From Candidatus Latescibacterota bacterium (GTDB lineage: Bacteria; Latescibacterota; UBA2968), in contig OZ242311.1 of the NCBI GenBank assembly GCA_965207885.1, positions 2,400,001 to 2,464,000 on the forward strand: DNA of 64,000 nt. Reading direction: 5' to 3'. Of this stretch, positions 28,163-37,627 are shown one piece after another. The position numbers were made by a program, and so were the translations under genes. Every line of letters begins with the position of its first letter. Within the stretch, counting starts at the first letter, position 1. The notes beneath the pieces were generated by a model. The model was not told the DNA's origin, did not search any database, and worked only from the letters and a program-made list of their open reading frames with translations.

Positions 28163-29401
28163 CTACTCATTACTGGAAGTATCAGGCTGTGAGGTATTGA
28201 TGGTATCGGGCTGTGGAGTATCGATAGTGTCAGACTGTAGGGTATTAATGGTGTCGGGTTGTGGCGTATTGATAGTGTCGGGTTGGAGCGCTTGGAATGA
28301 TTCAATCGATGATTTTACTTGATTGAACTGAGTATTGCTTTCCCAGCCGAGGATGGTTTGCAAAATGCTGCGCCGCCCCACATAGATACGCAAATCAGCG
28401 GTAGATCCAAAACTCAGAGCGATAGGGGTTTGCTTGACTGCGACTTCCAGACCAAAGGTGCGAACATTGCCTTCGATGACGGCATACCCATGAACTTCTG
28501 ATACTTCACCCTGACCGATAAAACCCTCGCGGTCGGTAAAGAGGTTGCTCAATATTTCAACGGGTTGGCCGGGGCGCACCTTCCACGCACTGGTTTCGGC
28601 CATCCAGGCACCGATGACTGTACCTTCGCCTTCTCCTGCGATGATCATGACAACGGCTCCCTGACTGGCCTGCATGCCGGGATAGAGATCCTGGCGGGCC
28701 ACCACGCCATTGACTGGCGCGCGCAGGGTTGCGCGTTCGAGGGCTTCGTGCGCGGCTTCGAGATTGTGTTTTGCCTTGTCCAGAGATGCTTGGGTTTGGC
28801 GCATTGCCGCTTCGGCCTGTTGAATTTCGGCGGGTAGGGGACCGCGTCTCACCAGGTTGAGATTTTCGAGTTCAACTTTTAAGCTGGCTTCAGCCAGGTC
28901 GTAATTGGTTTTGGCGCGTTCGTAGTCTTCCTGACTGAAGAGCCGCTGGCCTTCATAGAGAGCTTGTGCGCGTTTGAGGTCCTGTTGCCGGGCTGTGAGG
29001 TTAATGCGCGCTTGCTCAACACGCGATTCGGCTATTTTGATTTCTTCGGGGGTTGGCTGTGCGCGCAGCAGGGCAAGCCGCGCCTGTGCGGCTTCGAGGT
29101 TGGCCATTTCCCGTTTGATTTCCTGTTCTGCGGTTGCCGCTGCCGCTCTTAAATTGCCGTCGTAGAGTCGGGCGACGGGTTGACCGGCTATGACGGAGTC
29201 GCCGGGTTCTGCGAGGATTTCGTGGATGTCCTGGCTCATGGGCGAGTTGATAAATATTTTATCTCCTGGTTCTACAATGCCTTGAGCCATCACAACATCG
29301 TCAATCTGGATCAGTGCAAGGGCGAGTGCAATGGCACCAATCACACCGAAGACCCAGAGTAGCCATTTGACAATTCTGCCTTTTCGGCGACGGCGCATCA
29401 T
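28163..29401 (-). CDS. HlyD family periplasmic adaptor / membrane-fusion protein
   Basis: N-terminal TM, lipoyl-like half motifs (EPGDSVIAGQPV, LRAPVNGVV), long coiled coil. Confidence 0.85.
   Translation of the reverse strand: MMRRRRKGRIVKWLLWVFGVIGAIALALALIQIDDVVMAQGIVEPGDKIFINSPMSQDIHEILAEPGDSVIAGQPVARLYDGNLRAAAATAEQEIKREMANLEAAQARLALLRAQPTPEEIKIAESRVEQARINLTARQQDLKRAQALYEGQRLFSQEDYERAKTNYDLAEASLKVELENLNLVRRGPLPAEIQQAEAAMRQTQASLDKAKHNLEAAHEALERATLRAPVNGVVARQDLYPGMQASQGAVVMIIAGEGEGTVIGAWMAETSAWKVRPGQPVEILSNLFTDREGFIGQGEVSEVHGYAVIEGNVRTFGLEVAVKQTPIALSFGSTADLRIYVGRRSILQTILGWESNTQFNQVKSSIESFQALQPDTINTPQPDTINTLQSDTIDTPQPDTINTSQPDTSSNE
28178..28286 (-). repeat. About 4.5 copies of a 24-bp in-frame tandem repeat (QPDTINTx)
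   Basis: Protein tail QPDTINTP-QPDTINTL-QSDTIDTP-QPDTINTS-QPDT. Confidence 0.85.
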
Positions 29402-29478
29402 GGGATTATTTTTTTCCTTTTGCTTGACAGATTTTGGCAGAATGGTATATTTTACAATTCTATACCAAAATCCTGGAT

Positions 29479-29551
29479 GGGCGCGTAGCTCAGGCGGTAG
29501 AGCAACGGCCTTTTAAGCCGTGGGTCGCAGGTTCGAATCCTGCCGCGCTCA
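29479..29551 (+). tRNA. tRNA-Lys(UUU), CCA not encoded
   Basis: GGGCGCG/CGCGCTC acceptor stem, anticodon arm ACGGC-CTTTTAA-GCCGT, GGTTCGAATCC T-arm; TTGACA..TATATT promoter upstream. Confidence 0.96.
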
Positions 29552-29563
29552 CTATTACAAAAC

Positions 29564-29597
29564 GGCCCTGAATCACAATGATTTCAGGGCTTTTTTT
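29564..29597 (+). terminator. Intrinsic terminator after tRNA-Lys
   Basis: GCCCTGAA...TTCAGGGC followed by T7. Confidence 0.85.
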
Positions 29598-29762
29598 GCG
29601 CCCCTTGCGAGTAAATATAGTAAATAAATCTATTATATTGTTTTTAAAAGGTCAAGAAAGTTATAAATAAAAATTATGATTTGGGACCGCTATATTGCGA
29701 GGTAACTTGACATCACAACGGGTATTAAATATATTGTGAATCAACGAACTCAAGAATAGGAG

Positions 29763-30509
29763 ATGTTTGTGCTTACTCGCGAAAAATTGAATGCGCAGTC
29801 CCGGGCATTTGAAACAGCACCTCTGGAAGATATTTTGATCTGGGCATGGGAGACGTTGGGTTCCCGCGTGGCGTTTGGTACTGCTTTTGGTGCCAGCGGC
29901 ATGGTTTTGCTCGATGTGATGCAAAAGGTCGCGCCACAAATTCCCGTATTTACAATTGACACGGGTTTTCTGTTTCCCGAAACTCTGAGTTTGATCGACC
30001 GCGTGGAAGCGCGCTATGGGATTGAGATTGAGCGGGTGCATTCTCGTTTGAGTGTTGAAGAGCAAGCGCGTGATTACGGTGATGAACTCTACAAGCGGGA
30101 TGCCGACCGGTGTTGCTGGTTGCGAAAAGTCGAGCCTTTGCAGCGCAAGTTGGCCCAGTTGAATGGCTGGATTAACAGCCGCCGGCGAGATCAGGGCGAT
30201 ACCCGCAGCCAAATTTCCATTCTGGAATATTATGAGACAGATGGTCGCGCGTTGCTCAAATTGAATCCCATGGCACCGTGGACGCGCAAACAGGTCTGGG
30301 ATTATATTGTCGAACACGATGTGCCCTATAATCCTTTGATGGATCAGGGCTTTGCCACGATAGGGTGCTGGCCCTGCACTAAAGCTGTGGATGCAGATGC
30401 AGACGAACGCGCGGGTCGCTGGGCGGATTCGGACAAGACAGAGTGCGGTATTCACACCTTTTTACAGCCTATTGATGCGGCGGTTAATGCCGTGCCTGTT
30501 GAATCTTGA
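29763..30509 (+). CDS. cysH: APS/PAPS reductase ([4Fe-4S] APS-type motifs)
   Basis: IDTGFLFPET, CCWLRKVEPL, TIGCWPCT, ERAGRW, KTECGIH. Confidence 0.93.
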   Translation: MFVLTREKLNAQSRAFETAPLEDILIWAWETLGSRVAFGTAFGASGMVLLDVMQKVAPQIPVFTIDTGFLFPETLSLIDRVEARYGIEIERVHSRLSVEEQARDYGDELYKRDADRCCWLRKVEPLQRKLAQLNGWINSRRRDQGDTRSQISILEYYETDGRALLKLNPMAPWTRKQVWDYIVEHDVPYNPLMDQGFATIGCWPCTKAVDADADERAGRWADSDKTECGIHTFLQPIDAAVNAVPVES

Positions 30510-30619
30510 CATAATGTCGAAAATAGTATTATTTGGATGTAATCGCGGCCCTCTCGTGGGGTCGTTTTTGGTTTATGAAAAAGCGTGGCTAATTTCATAA
30601 TAACGGCTAAAGGCCATTT

Positions 30620-31564
30620 ATGCGTAGCAAAAAGCTATCAAAGCGTTCTGGCATCCGACACTCGGTTCTCGATGCGATAGGCAATACGCCGCTGTTGCGT
30701 ATCCGGGAATTGGGTGACAAGATTGAGCCAGGGGTTGAAATCTGGGCGAAGTTGGAGATGTTTAACCCGGGCGGGTCGGTCAAAGATCGCCCCGCGTTGC
30801 AGATGATTGAAGATGCCGAAAAAGCAGGGGTGCTCACGCCGGAGAAAGTGATTCTGGATTCGACTTCGGGCAATACGGGTATTGCGTATGCCATGATCGG
30901 CGCGGCAAAGGGATACCGCGTCGAGTTGGTCATGCCCGAGAGTGTGAGTATTGAGCGGCGATACGTCATTCAGTCTTATGGATCTGATCTGGTGTTGAGC
31001 GACCCTCTCGAAGGCTCAGATGGTGCGATTTTAAAATGTCGGGAAATTTTGGCTTCAAATCCCGATTTGTATTACAAGCCCGATCAATACAATAATCCAT
31101 CCAATTCCAGGGCGCATTATTTGCACACGGCACCGGAAATCTGGTCGCAGACACGGGGCAGGGTGACGCATTTTGTGGCGACGTTGGGCACGAGTGGTAC
31201 TGTAATGGGTACTGGCAGAGGGCTGAAGGCATTTAATCCCGATGTGCAGATTATTGCCGTTGAGCCACCCGAATTTCACGGGATTGAGGGCCTGAAAAAT
31301 ATGGATGTGTCCATTGTGCCCGGCATTTACGATCCGTCGGTGTGGGACCAGAAGATACGGATTGAAACAGAAGATGCGTATGATATTGCGCGGTGGTTGA
31401 CGCGAGATATGGGTTTGCTGGTGGGGCAGTCTTGTGGTGCGGCGATGGCCGCTGCTCTAAAAGTTGCCGAGACTCTGGATGAAGGGGTCATCGTCACATT
31501 GTTTCCCGATAGTGGTGAAAAGTACATGAGTACGCCCCTGTGGCGGCTCGATCCCGCGGGGTAG
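30620..31564 (+). CDS. cysM: PLP-dependent cysteine synthase, CysM-like (probably sulfur-carrier dependent)
   Basis: IGNTPL, NPGGSVKDR, TSGNTGI, GTSGT; adjacent to mec and cysO. Confidence 0.8.
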   Translation: MRSKKLSKRSGIRHSVLDAIGNTPLLRIRELGDKIEPGVEIWAKLEMFNPGGSVKDRPALQMIEDAEKAGVLTPEKVILDSTSGNTGIAYAMIGAAKGYRVELVMPESVSIERRYVIQSYGSDLVLSDPLEGSDGAILKCREILASNPDLYYKPDQYNNPSNSRAHYLHTAPEIWSQTRGRVTHFVATLGTSGTVMGTGRGLKAFNPDVQIIAVEPPEFHGIEGLKNMDVSIVPGIYDPSVWDQKIRIETEDAYDIARWLTRDMGLLVGQSCGAAMAAALKVAETLDEGVIVTLFPDSGEKYMSTPLWRLDPAG

Positions 31565-31566
31565 AG

Positions 31567-32022
31567 ATGTTTGACAAAGCGATTTGGGACGCCATGTTTG
31601 TCCACGCACAGCGGGAATACCCGGCTGAGTGTTGTGGTATTGTGACCGAAGATACTTCGGGTGTGCAGACGATTCATCCGTGTGAGAATATCCAGGATAA
31701 ATTGCACGCTGCCGATCCCGAAACCCATCCGCGCACTTCCAGGACGGCCTATCGCATGAACGATATGCATGTGATGAAAATTCAATCGGAGGCGGAACAA
31801 GTGGGCGGGCGGATTGTCGCGATCTATCATTCTCATATCGATGTGGATGCTTATTTTTCTCAAGAGGATCAAGATGCGGCGACATTTTTTGGTGAACCAA
31901 CCTATCCGGGCGTGGTTTATCCCATTATTCCAGTAAAAAATGCCCGGGTAGATGTCGGCGGAGAAAAAGTTTTTCAATGGCGTGATTCGTCGTCAAAATT
32001 TGAGGAAGTGGAAATTCGGTGA
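31567..32022 (+). CDS. mec: JAMM/Mov34 (M67) metallopeptidase, Mec-like
   Basis: EYPAECCG and YHSH..AYFSQED JAMM motif. Confidence 0.85.
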   Translation: MFDKAIWDAMFVHAQREYPAECCGIVTEDTSGVQTIHPCENIQDKLHAADPETHPRTSRTAYRMNDMHVMKIQSEAEQVGGRIVAIYHSHIDVDAYFSQEDQDAATFFGEPTYPGVVYPIIPVKNARVDVGGEKVFQWRDSSSKFEEVEIR

Positions 32023-32044
32023 AATATAAAAAAGGAGGTAACAA

Positions 32045-32329
32045 ATGGCTGTGACAGTTCGGATTCCAACGCCTCTGCGCAAATTTACAGGTGATCAATC
32101 CGATGTAGAAGTGCAGGGCGCGACGGTTGGGGAAGCTATCGACAATCTCGAAGCACAGCATGCGGGCATTAAGGAACACATGGTCGATGAGTCGGGTGCT
32201 ATTCGACGCTTTGTGAATGTGTATGTCAATGAAGAGGATATTCGTTTTCTGGATGGACCCGATACTGACCTCAGAGATGGCGATCAGGTGACTATTGTGC
32301 CTGCGATTGCCGGTGGGTGTTCCTTTTAA
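32045..32329 (+). CDS. cysO: Ubiquitin-like sulfur carrier (MoaD/ThiS/CysO family) with C-terminal extension GG-CSF
   Basis: VRIPTPLRKFT, RRFVNVYVNEEDIRFL, IVPAIAGG followed by CSF-stop. Confidence 0.85.
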   Translation: MAVTVRIPTPLRKFTGDQSDVEVQGATVGEAIDNLEAQHAGIKEHMVDESGAIRRFVNVYVNEEDIRFLDGPDTDLRDGDQVTIVPAIAGGCSF

Positions 32330-32345
32330 TCGATATATCTGACTT

Positions 32346-32777
32346 ATGATGCACATTTCCGCTAAAGGTGACTACGGTTTGCGCGCGGTCTTAGACCTGT
32401 GTTTGCACGATGGGGAAGGGCCAGTTTTGCGTACCGATATCGCTGCGCGGCAAAATATCCCCGCAGCGTATTTGGTACAGTTGCTCAATCTTTTGCGAAA
32501 AGCTGGTTTGGTACACAGTATTCGTGGTCCCAAAGGCGGACATGTGTTGTTGAAACGTCCGGATGAACTGACTGTGGAAGAGGTATTGGCTGCTCTGGAG
32601 GGACCCGTCAATTTGGTGGATAAGCGCGAGAAGGCTGAGGATGCGGGAACAGATGTGCTCAATGATGTGTGGGAAGCTGTGGGGACTGCTGTACACGATG
32701 TACTGTCATCGGTGACATTTGCCGATTTGTGTCGAAAGTACCGGGCGCGTCAGATGCCTGTCACATTCCGGATATGA
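32346..32777 (+). CDS. Rrf2 family transcriptional regulator (CymR-like)
   Basis: SAKGDYGLRA, IAARQNIP..YLVQL, SIRGPKGG; lacks the IscR three-Cys cluster. Confidence 0.88.
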   Translation: MMHISAKGDYGLRAVLDLCLHDGEGPVLRTDIAARQNIPAAYLVQLLNLLRKAGLVHSIRGPKGGHVLLKRPDELTVEEVLAALEGPVNLVDKREKAEDAGTDVLNDVWEAVGTAVHDVLSSVTFADLCRKYRARQMPVTFRI

Positions 32778-33700
32778 TTATGGATGGCGCGAAAACTGGA
32801 CATACGGTGTTGGACCTCGTGGGCAACACGCCCATGGTAAAGTTGAACTCGATAAGACCTGCAAATGGTGCTCAGCTTTGGGCGAAATTGGAATTTTTTA
32901 ATCCGGCGGGTAGTGTAAAAGATCGCACGGCTCTCGCTATGGTTGAGGCAGCAGAAAAAAGTGGACAACTCAAGCCCGGTATGACCATTGTGGAACCGAC
33001 CAGTGGCAATACGGGTATTGGCCTTGCCATGGTGGCTGCAATAAAAAATTATCGGCTGATCATTACCATGCCCGAAGGCGTCAGCGACGAGCGCACCCGA
33101 TTGCTCAAAGCTTATGGTGCCGAGGTTGTGCTAACACCCACCCGCGAGGGGATGCGCGGTGCGATTGAAAAAGCGTGGACGCTTAAGGATAAAAATTGTT
33201 TTATTCCGATGCAGTTTGAAAATCCCGCCAATCCCGAGATTCACCGGCAGACCACTGCCCGCGAGATGATTTCACAACTCGAGGGCGTTCCCGATGCTTT
33301 TGTCGCAGGTGTGGGAACAGGTGGCACTGTGACCGGTGTGGGCGAAGTCTTTAAGCAAGTGCGATCAGATGTCGTGATCGTCGGGGTGGAGCCAGGGGAT
33401 TCTGCAGTGTTATCGGGCGGAGAACCCGGTCCTACTGAGATCGATGGCCTGGGCGCAGGCATGATTCCAGATGTGCTGAATACGGAAATACTGGATCGCG
33501 TGATTGCCGTATCCAATTCGGATGCGCGCAAGATGTCAAAGCGATTGGCGCGCGAAGAGGGCCTGCTGGTGGGGATTTCGTCTGGTGCAGCAGCACACGC
33601 AGCCGTTGTTGTCGCTTCAGCGATGAGACCCCAACAGATGGTCGCAACGGTATTGTGCGATACCGGTGAACGGTATTTGGGCACGTTTTTGTTTGGGTGA
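32774..33700 (+). CDS. cysK: Cysteine synthase A
   Basis: VGNTPMVKL, NPAGSVKDR, EPTSGNTGIGLA, QFENPANP, GVGTGGT; ATGA overlap with the Rrf2 stop. Confidence 0.9.
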   Translation: MIMDGAKTGHTVLDLVGNTPMVKLNSIRPANGAQLWAKLEFFNPAGSVKDRTALAMVEAAEKSGQLKPGMTIVEPTSGNTGIGLAMVAAIKNYRLIITMPEGVSDERTRLLKAYGAEVVLTPTREGMRGAIEKAWTLKDKNCFIPMQFENPANPEIHRQTTAREMISQLEGVPDAFVAGVGTGGTVTGVGEVFKQVRSDVVIVGVEPGDSAVLSGGEPGPTEIDGLGAGMIPDVLNTEILDRVIAVSNSDARKMSKRLAREEGLLVGISSGAAAHAAVVVASAMRPQQMVATVLCDTGERYLGTFLFG

Positions 33701-33711
33701 TGCACGCGGAC

Positions 33712-33751
33712 AAAAAAACCCGGCATCTGTTTGAGATTGCCGGGGCTTTTT
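33712..33751. terminator. Bidirectional terminator between cysK and rpsT
   Basis: A-run, CCCGGCA...TGCCGGG, T-run. Confidence 0.75.
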
Positions 33752-33766
33752 GTTTGTGCAGATATT

Positions 33767-34024
33767 TTACGACTCAAGGTCAGCGACGTGGCGCCGTACT
33801 CTCGATTTGTAGCGGGCGGCCGCATTGCGGTGGATAACGCCTTTTTTGGCTGTTTTGTCAATGATGGACTGCGTGCGATTGATCAGTGCCTCTGCTTCTT
33901 CTTTGCTATTTGTCTCCAATATTTTTTTTAGAGAAGTACGCAAAGACGAGCGCGTACTCTTATTGCGGAGCCTGGCTCTTTCAGCTTGGCGCATGCGTTT
34001 TTTTGAAGATGCCAATGTGGGCAA
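33767..34024 (-). CDS. rpsT: 30S ribosomal protein S20
   Basis: SSKKRMRQAERARLRNKS..IDKTAKKGVIHRNAAARYKSR; TTG start after AAGGAGGTG. Confidence 0.95.
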   Translation of the reverse strand: MPTLASSKKRMRQAERARLRNKSTRSSLRTSLKKILETNSKEEAEALINRTQSIIDKTAKKGVIHRNAAARYKSRVRRHVADLES

Positions 34025-34182
34025 GGGATTCACCTCCTTAGAGAGTTTTCCGAAATTCAGAGTACGAAATGTAAACATTTACAGGTATTTGCACAACCCA
34101 TTTTTCATTTTCTTGTTTTTTTCTGCTTCTGTCTTATTTTATCGCTCAGGTCTTTAATCAAATCCAATCGGGAGGAATCACA

Positions 34183-35133
34183 ATGGCATCAACTATTTAT
34201 GTCGGCACAATTGGTCAGGGTGTTTGGCGAAGCGAAGATGGCGGCGACTCATGGCGGCGTACGAGCAGCGGTATGTTCTCGGAATCGGATATTCGCGCCA
34301 TTGCCGTGCATCCAGACAATGCGTCAATTCTGTTTGCGGGTACAGAGGCCGGTATTTATCGCTCGCAAAATGGGGGAGACAACTGGGAAAAATTGGATTC
34401 GCCAATGAACGGTATGCAAATCTGGTCTCTTGCGATTCATCCCAGAAGTCCAAATACGGTTTATGCTGGCACATGTCCTTCTGCGTTGTTTCGGTCGGAC
34501 GATGGCGGTGAGACATGGAAGCAACTTTCCGTGGAACTCGTCGAGGATTGCGGTGCGATTATTCCGCGCGTCACGACTATTATCATAGATCCGACAGATG
34601 ATCAGACCGTCTATGCGGGTATTGAAATCGATGGCATGCGGATTAGCAGAGACGGCGGTGAGACATGGACATCTGGTAATGAGGGCCTTTCGAGCCTGGA
34701 CATTCACGGCCTCGCGCTTGTGCCCGGAAGTCCAAAAACACTTGTGGCTGGCACCAATAATGATGTGTGCCTTACAACCGATATGATAAATTGGACACGG
34801 CTCAATGTGAAAGCAGAGTTTCCCTGGCCCTATTGCAGGGGGGTGCTCTATATGTCAAGTGGTCGGGTGTATGTCGGCGCGGGAAATGGTCCGCCAGGCG
34901 ATGAAGGGGGGCTGTTCTACACGTCTGATCTGGGACATTCGTGGGAGCGCGCTGATCTGAATGGCAATACCAACAGCACGGTCTGGGCGATTGTTCACAA
35001 TCCCGCTGTGCCGGATTTGATGATAGCGTATAGTATTGCCGGACAAATTTTTAGCAGCACCGATAATGGCGATTCCTGGACGAAGTTCACCCGCGAGTTC
35101 GGGGAGGTTCGCGCGGTGGCTATTGCGCAGTGA
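34183..35133 (+). CDS. BNR/Asp-box repeat beta-propeller protein (VPS10/YCF48-like)
   Basis: Repeated RSxDGGxxW motifs. Confidence 0.8.
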   Translation: MASTIYVGTIGQGVWRSEDGGDSWRRTSSGMFSESDIRAIAVHPDNASILFAGTEAGIYRSQNGGDNWEKLDSPMNGMQIWSLAIHPRSPNTVYAGTCPSALFRSDDGGETWKQLSVELVEDCGAIIPRVTTIIIDPTDDQTVYAGIEIDGMRISRDGGETWTSGNEGLSSLDIHGLALVPGSPKTLVAGTNNDVCLTTDMINWTRLNVKAEFPWPYCRGVLYMSSGRVYVGAGNGPPGDEGGLFYTSDLGHSWERADLNGNTNSTVWAIVHNPAVPDLMIAYSIAGQIFSSTDNGDSWTKFTREFGEVRAVAIAQ

Positions 35134-35151
35134 TGCAGGTGGGGATGGTGG

Positions 35152-36804
35152 CTAAGCGAGTTTCTCTTCGGCGGCTGACCAGGTTCCGCATCTGATTTCC
35201 AGCAGGTGATCCACTGGCGTCGTAAATGTCATCAATACGCGGAAAGCAGTGGGGGCGGACTCGCTGCCCCGCAACGCCCAGAAGCGATGGGCATACGCAC
35301 CCGGTCCGATGGAAATGGCGTCGTTGTTTATGTGGTAGGTCGCATATCTGGATTTGAGGAATGCGACCTCTGCGGCCTGGCCACGCACGATACCACTGTC
35401 AAAATCCAGTTCGCCGCCGGGTACAAAATCGCACGCAATTTGAAATGGCACGCGGTCATAGCCCTCTGATTTTACGTGCAGATTAAATCCGCTATCCACT
35501 TCTTCAATTTCCAATACTGTGGTTAGCGGCGGCAGGGCGTACACATCTCTTTCTTTTCGCAAGTTGTAAAATTCCTCAAATGCGACCTCGCGCCCCAATG
35601 GCAGGTCATAACCGGGTCTGCCTCCATCTGAACTTCGGCTTATGTGCGTCATTCTGATTTTGCCATCTACTTCCTCAAAGGTCTCGCCTGAAAATTGTGC
35701 GATAGAAAAATAGCTCGCGCACAGGTTCACCGAGGCCAATTCCACGTCTCCGTGTTTTACGCCAAATGGCGATGTTATACCTGCACCTGCTGTGGCACTC
35801 GTTTTTTCGCGCCGCACGCGCCACAATTGAGCGGTTGGGTAAACCCTGGCGTACGACTCGGGCAAAGGCTCGCGCTCAAGGTTATCTACTCGCCATTCGG
35901 GGTGGGTTAAAAATGGTTCGAGTGCCCATGGCAAACCGCCGGGGGATATGGCGTATAACCAGTCTGCGACTGCCGCGTAAAATCCATTTTCTTCCCGCCG
36001 CGCCATGTTGTAATAGCTATCGACCATACCTACCAGTACAACGCGGGTGCCGTGGTCCTGTCTGCGGGAAAAACTCGTTACAACGGTTCCGTCTGCATGT
36101 AACATGTGATAGGACAAATCCAGATTTTGACGCACGGGTTCCAGAAGGTGGGGGCGATTGAGCGCGTCGGAAGCCAGTCTGAGGGCGCGATTGCAGATGG
36201 CGTTATACGTGCCTGCACTGCGCTCGATGTATTCGCCATCGGCATTGTTGTCTATTGTTTCGGCGAGATAGCTTTCAATGGTGTCCATTCCATCCAGATC
36301 GGGGAATAATTCCAGCGCCTGGGAAAGCGCGGCGACCAATACCCAGCGGTGATTCGGCGTGTGGAATCCGCCCGCGATCATGCCCGGTACAGCCGTTTGA
36401 ATAATTTCTCCGAGTACTTCGGCTATCTGGCCTGCGCCATCATCACCTGCTTTGCGAGCCGCGCGGACTACTGGTGCGAGTCCCTCGACCAGAAATCCCG
36501 TGTCTGGCGATGAATCAAAATTGGTCGTTATCAGATCAAAACATCCACTCTCCCGGCGAATTTTTCGAGCAAAAGCCGCACCTGCGAGAATGCGTGCCAG
36601 AATTTCTTCGCTTTGATAATATCGACCGCCTTCCAGAAGGTAGGCATAGCCCAGGGTGGATACCGCGCTCACATTTGTCGCACCGGCAATACCATCGCTG
36701 ACAAACCCACCGTAATCTTCTCGTCCTGCATCCATAATCTGACGGGGCAACATAGTTTCTATCTGTTCATTCAGATTTTCCAATAGTGCTTCGTATTTTA
36801 GCAT
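35152..36804 (-). CDS. Hypothetical protein (possibly heparinase II/III-like fold)
   Basis: Long ORF with GGFHTPNHRWV and DGEYIERSAGTYN; the fold suggestion is inference. Confidence 0.6.
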   Translation of the reverse strand: MLKYEALLENLNEQIETMLPRQIMDAGREDYGGFVSDGIAGATNVSAVSTLGYAYLLEGGRYYQSEEILARILAGAAFARKIRRESGCFDLITTNFDSSPDTGFLVEGLAPVVRAARKAGDDGAGQIAEVLGEIIQTAVPGMIAGGFHTPNHRWVLVAALSQALELFPDLDGMDTIESYLAETIDNNADGEYIERSAGTYNAICNRALRLASDALNRPHLLEPVRQNLDLSYHMLHADGTVVTSFSRRQDHGTRVVLVGMVDSYYNMARREENGFYAAVADWLYAISPGGLPWALEPFLTHPEWRVDNLEREPLPESYARVYPTAQLWRVRREKTSATAGAGITSPFGVKHGDVELASVNLCASYFSIAQFSGETFEEVDGKIRMTHISRSSDGGRPGYDLPLGREVAFEEFYNLRKERDVYALPPLTTVLEIEEVDSGFNLHVKSEGYDRVPFQIACDFVPGGELDFDSGIVRGQAAEVAFLKSRYATYHINNDAISIGPGAYAHRFWALRGSESAPTAFRVLMTFTTPVDHLLEIRCGTWSAAEEKLA

Positions 36805-36909
36805 GAATAACCCCCATGGGTGAACGACTTCCAGCAAACCGAAGACCTGCCCAATATATCCCCAATTTGCCCGTACTTCAAGAGAACTCGTTTCCCACAG
36901 GGGCCTGAT

Positions 36910-37554
36910 TCAATGCAAACTGAAACGGATCGGGATGGTCATGCGTACCGCAATTGCTCTGTCATTTTGCATGGCTGGCTCGAACAGAAATTGCCTGACC
37001 GCCTCCAGAGCTGCAGCGCGAAAAATCTCGGGGCCTTTTAAAACTCGCGGTTCGGCTACGCGCCCTTCTCTGGTCACTATAAACGCCATAATCACCTGGC
37101 CCTGTAAACCCGCTCTGCGGGCCATCTCTGGATAAACCGGGTTCACGAACTTGATCAACTCGGGTTTCTGTTCCACGATCCAGAATTCCAAAATTTCTTC
37201 CTCTACTTCCACATCGTTCTTCTGCAGCGGTGGTGGGATATCGACGACAGGTGCATCGAAATCCAGTTCTGTATCGGCTATGGTCACATCATCGGGCACG
37301 TCTTTGTCTTCTGTTTCAATGGGTACGGAGGGTCTTGGCAGAGGTGGCAATCGCTTCTTCTGATGTGTCTCGGGAATATCTTCAACCTTAAGGACTTCAA
37401 TAACTTTTTTGGTCGATTTAGAGTCGATCTTCATATCTGGAAACAATATGGCCAATCCGACCATCAGAAACAGCGTCAATGAAGTAGAACGTCTCATCAC
37501 CTTTGGATAATTTGCTTTCAAATCGGCATCTGCATGTTTTTTGCGAATCATCAT
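36910..37554 (-). CDS. tonB: Energy transducer TonB
   Basis: TM anchor, Pro-rich linker, PVYPEMARRAGLQGQV..FEPAMQ..IPIRFSL. Confidence 0.9.
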   Translation of the reverse strand: MMIRKKHADADLKANYPKVMRRSTSLTLFLMVGLAILFPDMKIDSKSTKKVIEVLKVEDIPETHQKKRLPPLPRPSVPIETEDKDVPDDVTIADTELDFDAPVVDIPPPLQKNDVEVEEEILEFWIVEQKPELIKFVNPVYPEMARRAGLQGQVIMAFIVTREGRVAEPRVLKGPEIFRAAALEAVRQFLFEPAMQNDRAIAVRMTIPIRFSLH

Positions 37555-37568
37555 TTTCTCCTTTTTAA

Positions 37569-37588
37569 AGTATTAAAATTTTAATAGT
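37569..37588. promoter_or_regulatory. Putative BlaI-family operator upstream of tonB
   Basis: Perfect 16-bp palindrome TATTAAAATTTTAATA; near-identical copy upstream of the BlaI gene. Confidence 0.6.
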
Positions 37589-37627
37589 TCATCTCAAAAA
37601 AATATCTATTGGTTTATTATCATAACA

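Noticed and set aside
28178-28286. Repeats as a CRISPR array
   Set aside because: In-frame degenerate coding repeats without spacers; no cas genes.
29479-29551. tRNA-Lys as an integration site
   Set aside because: No duplicated tRNA 3' end or integrase seen in the window.
29661-30455. 264-aa minus-strand ORF
   Set aside because: Antisense shadow of cysH.
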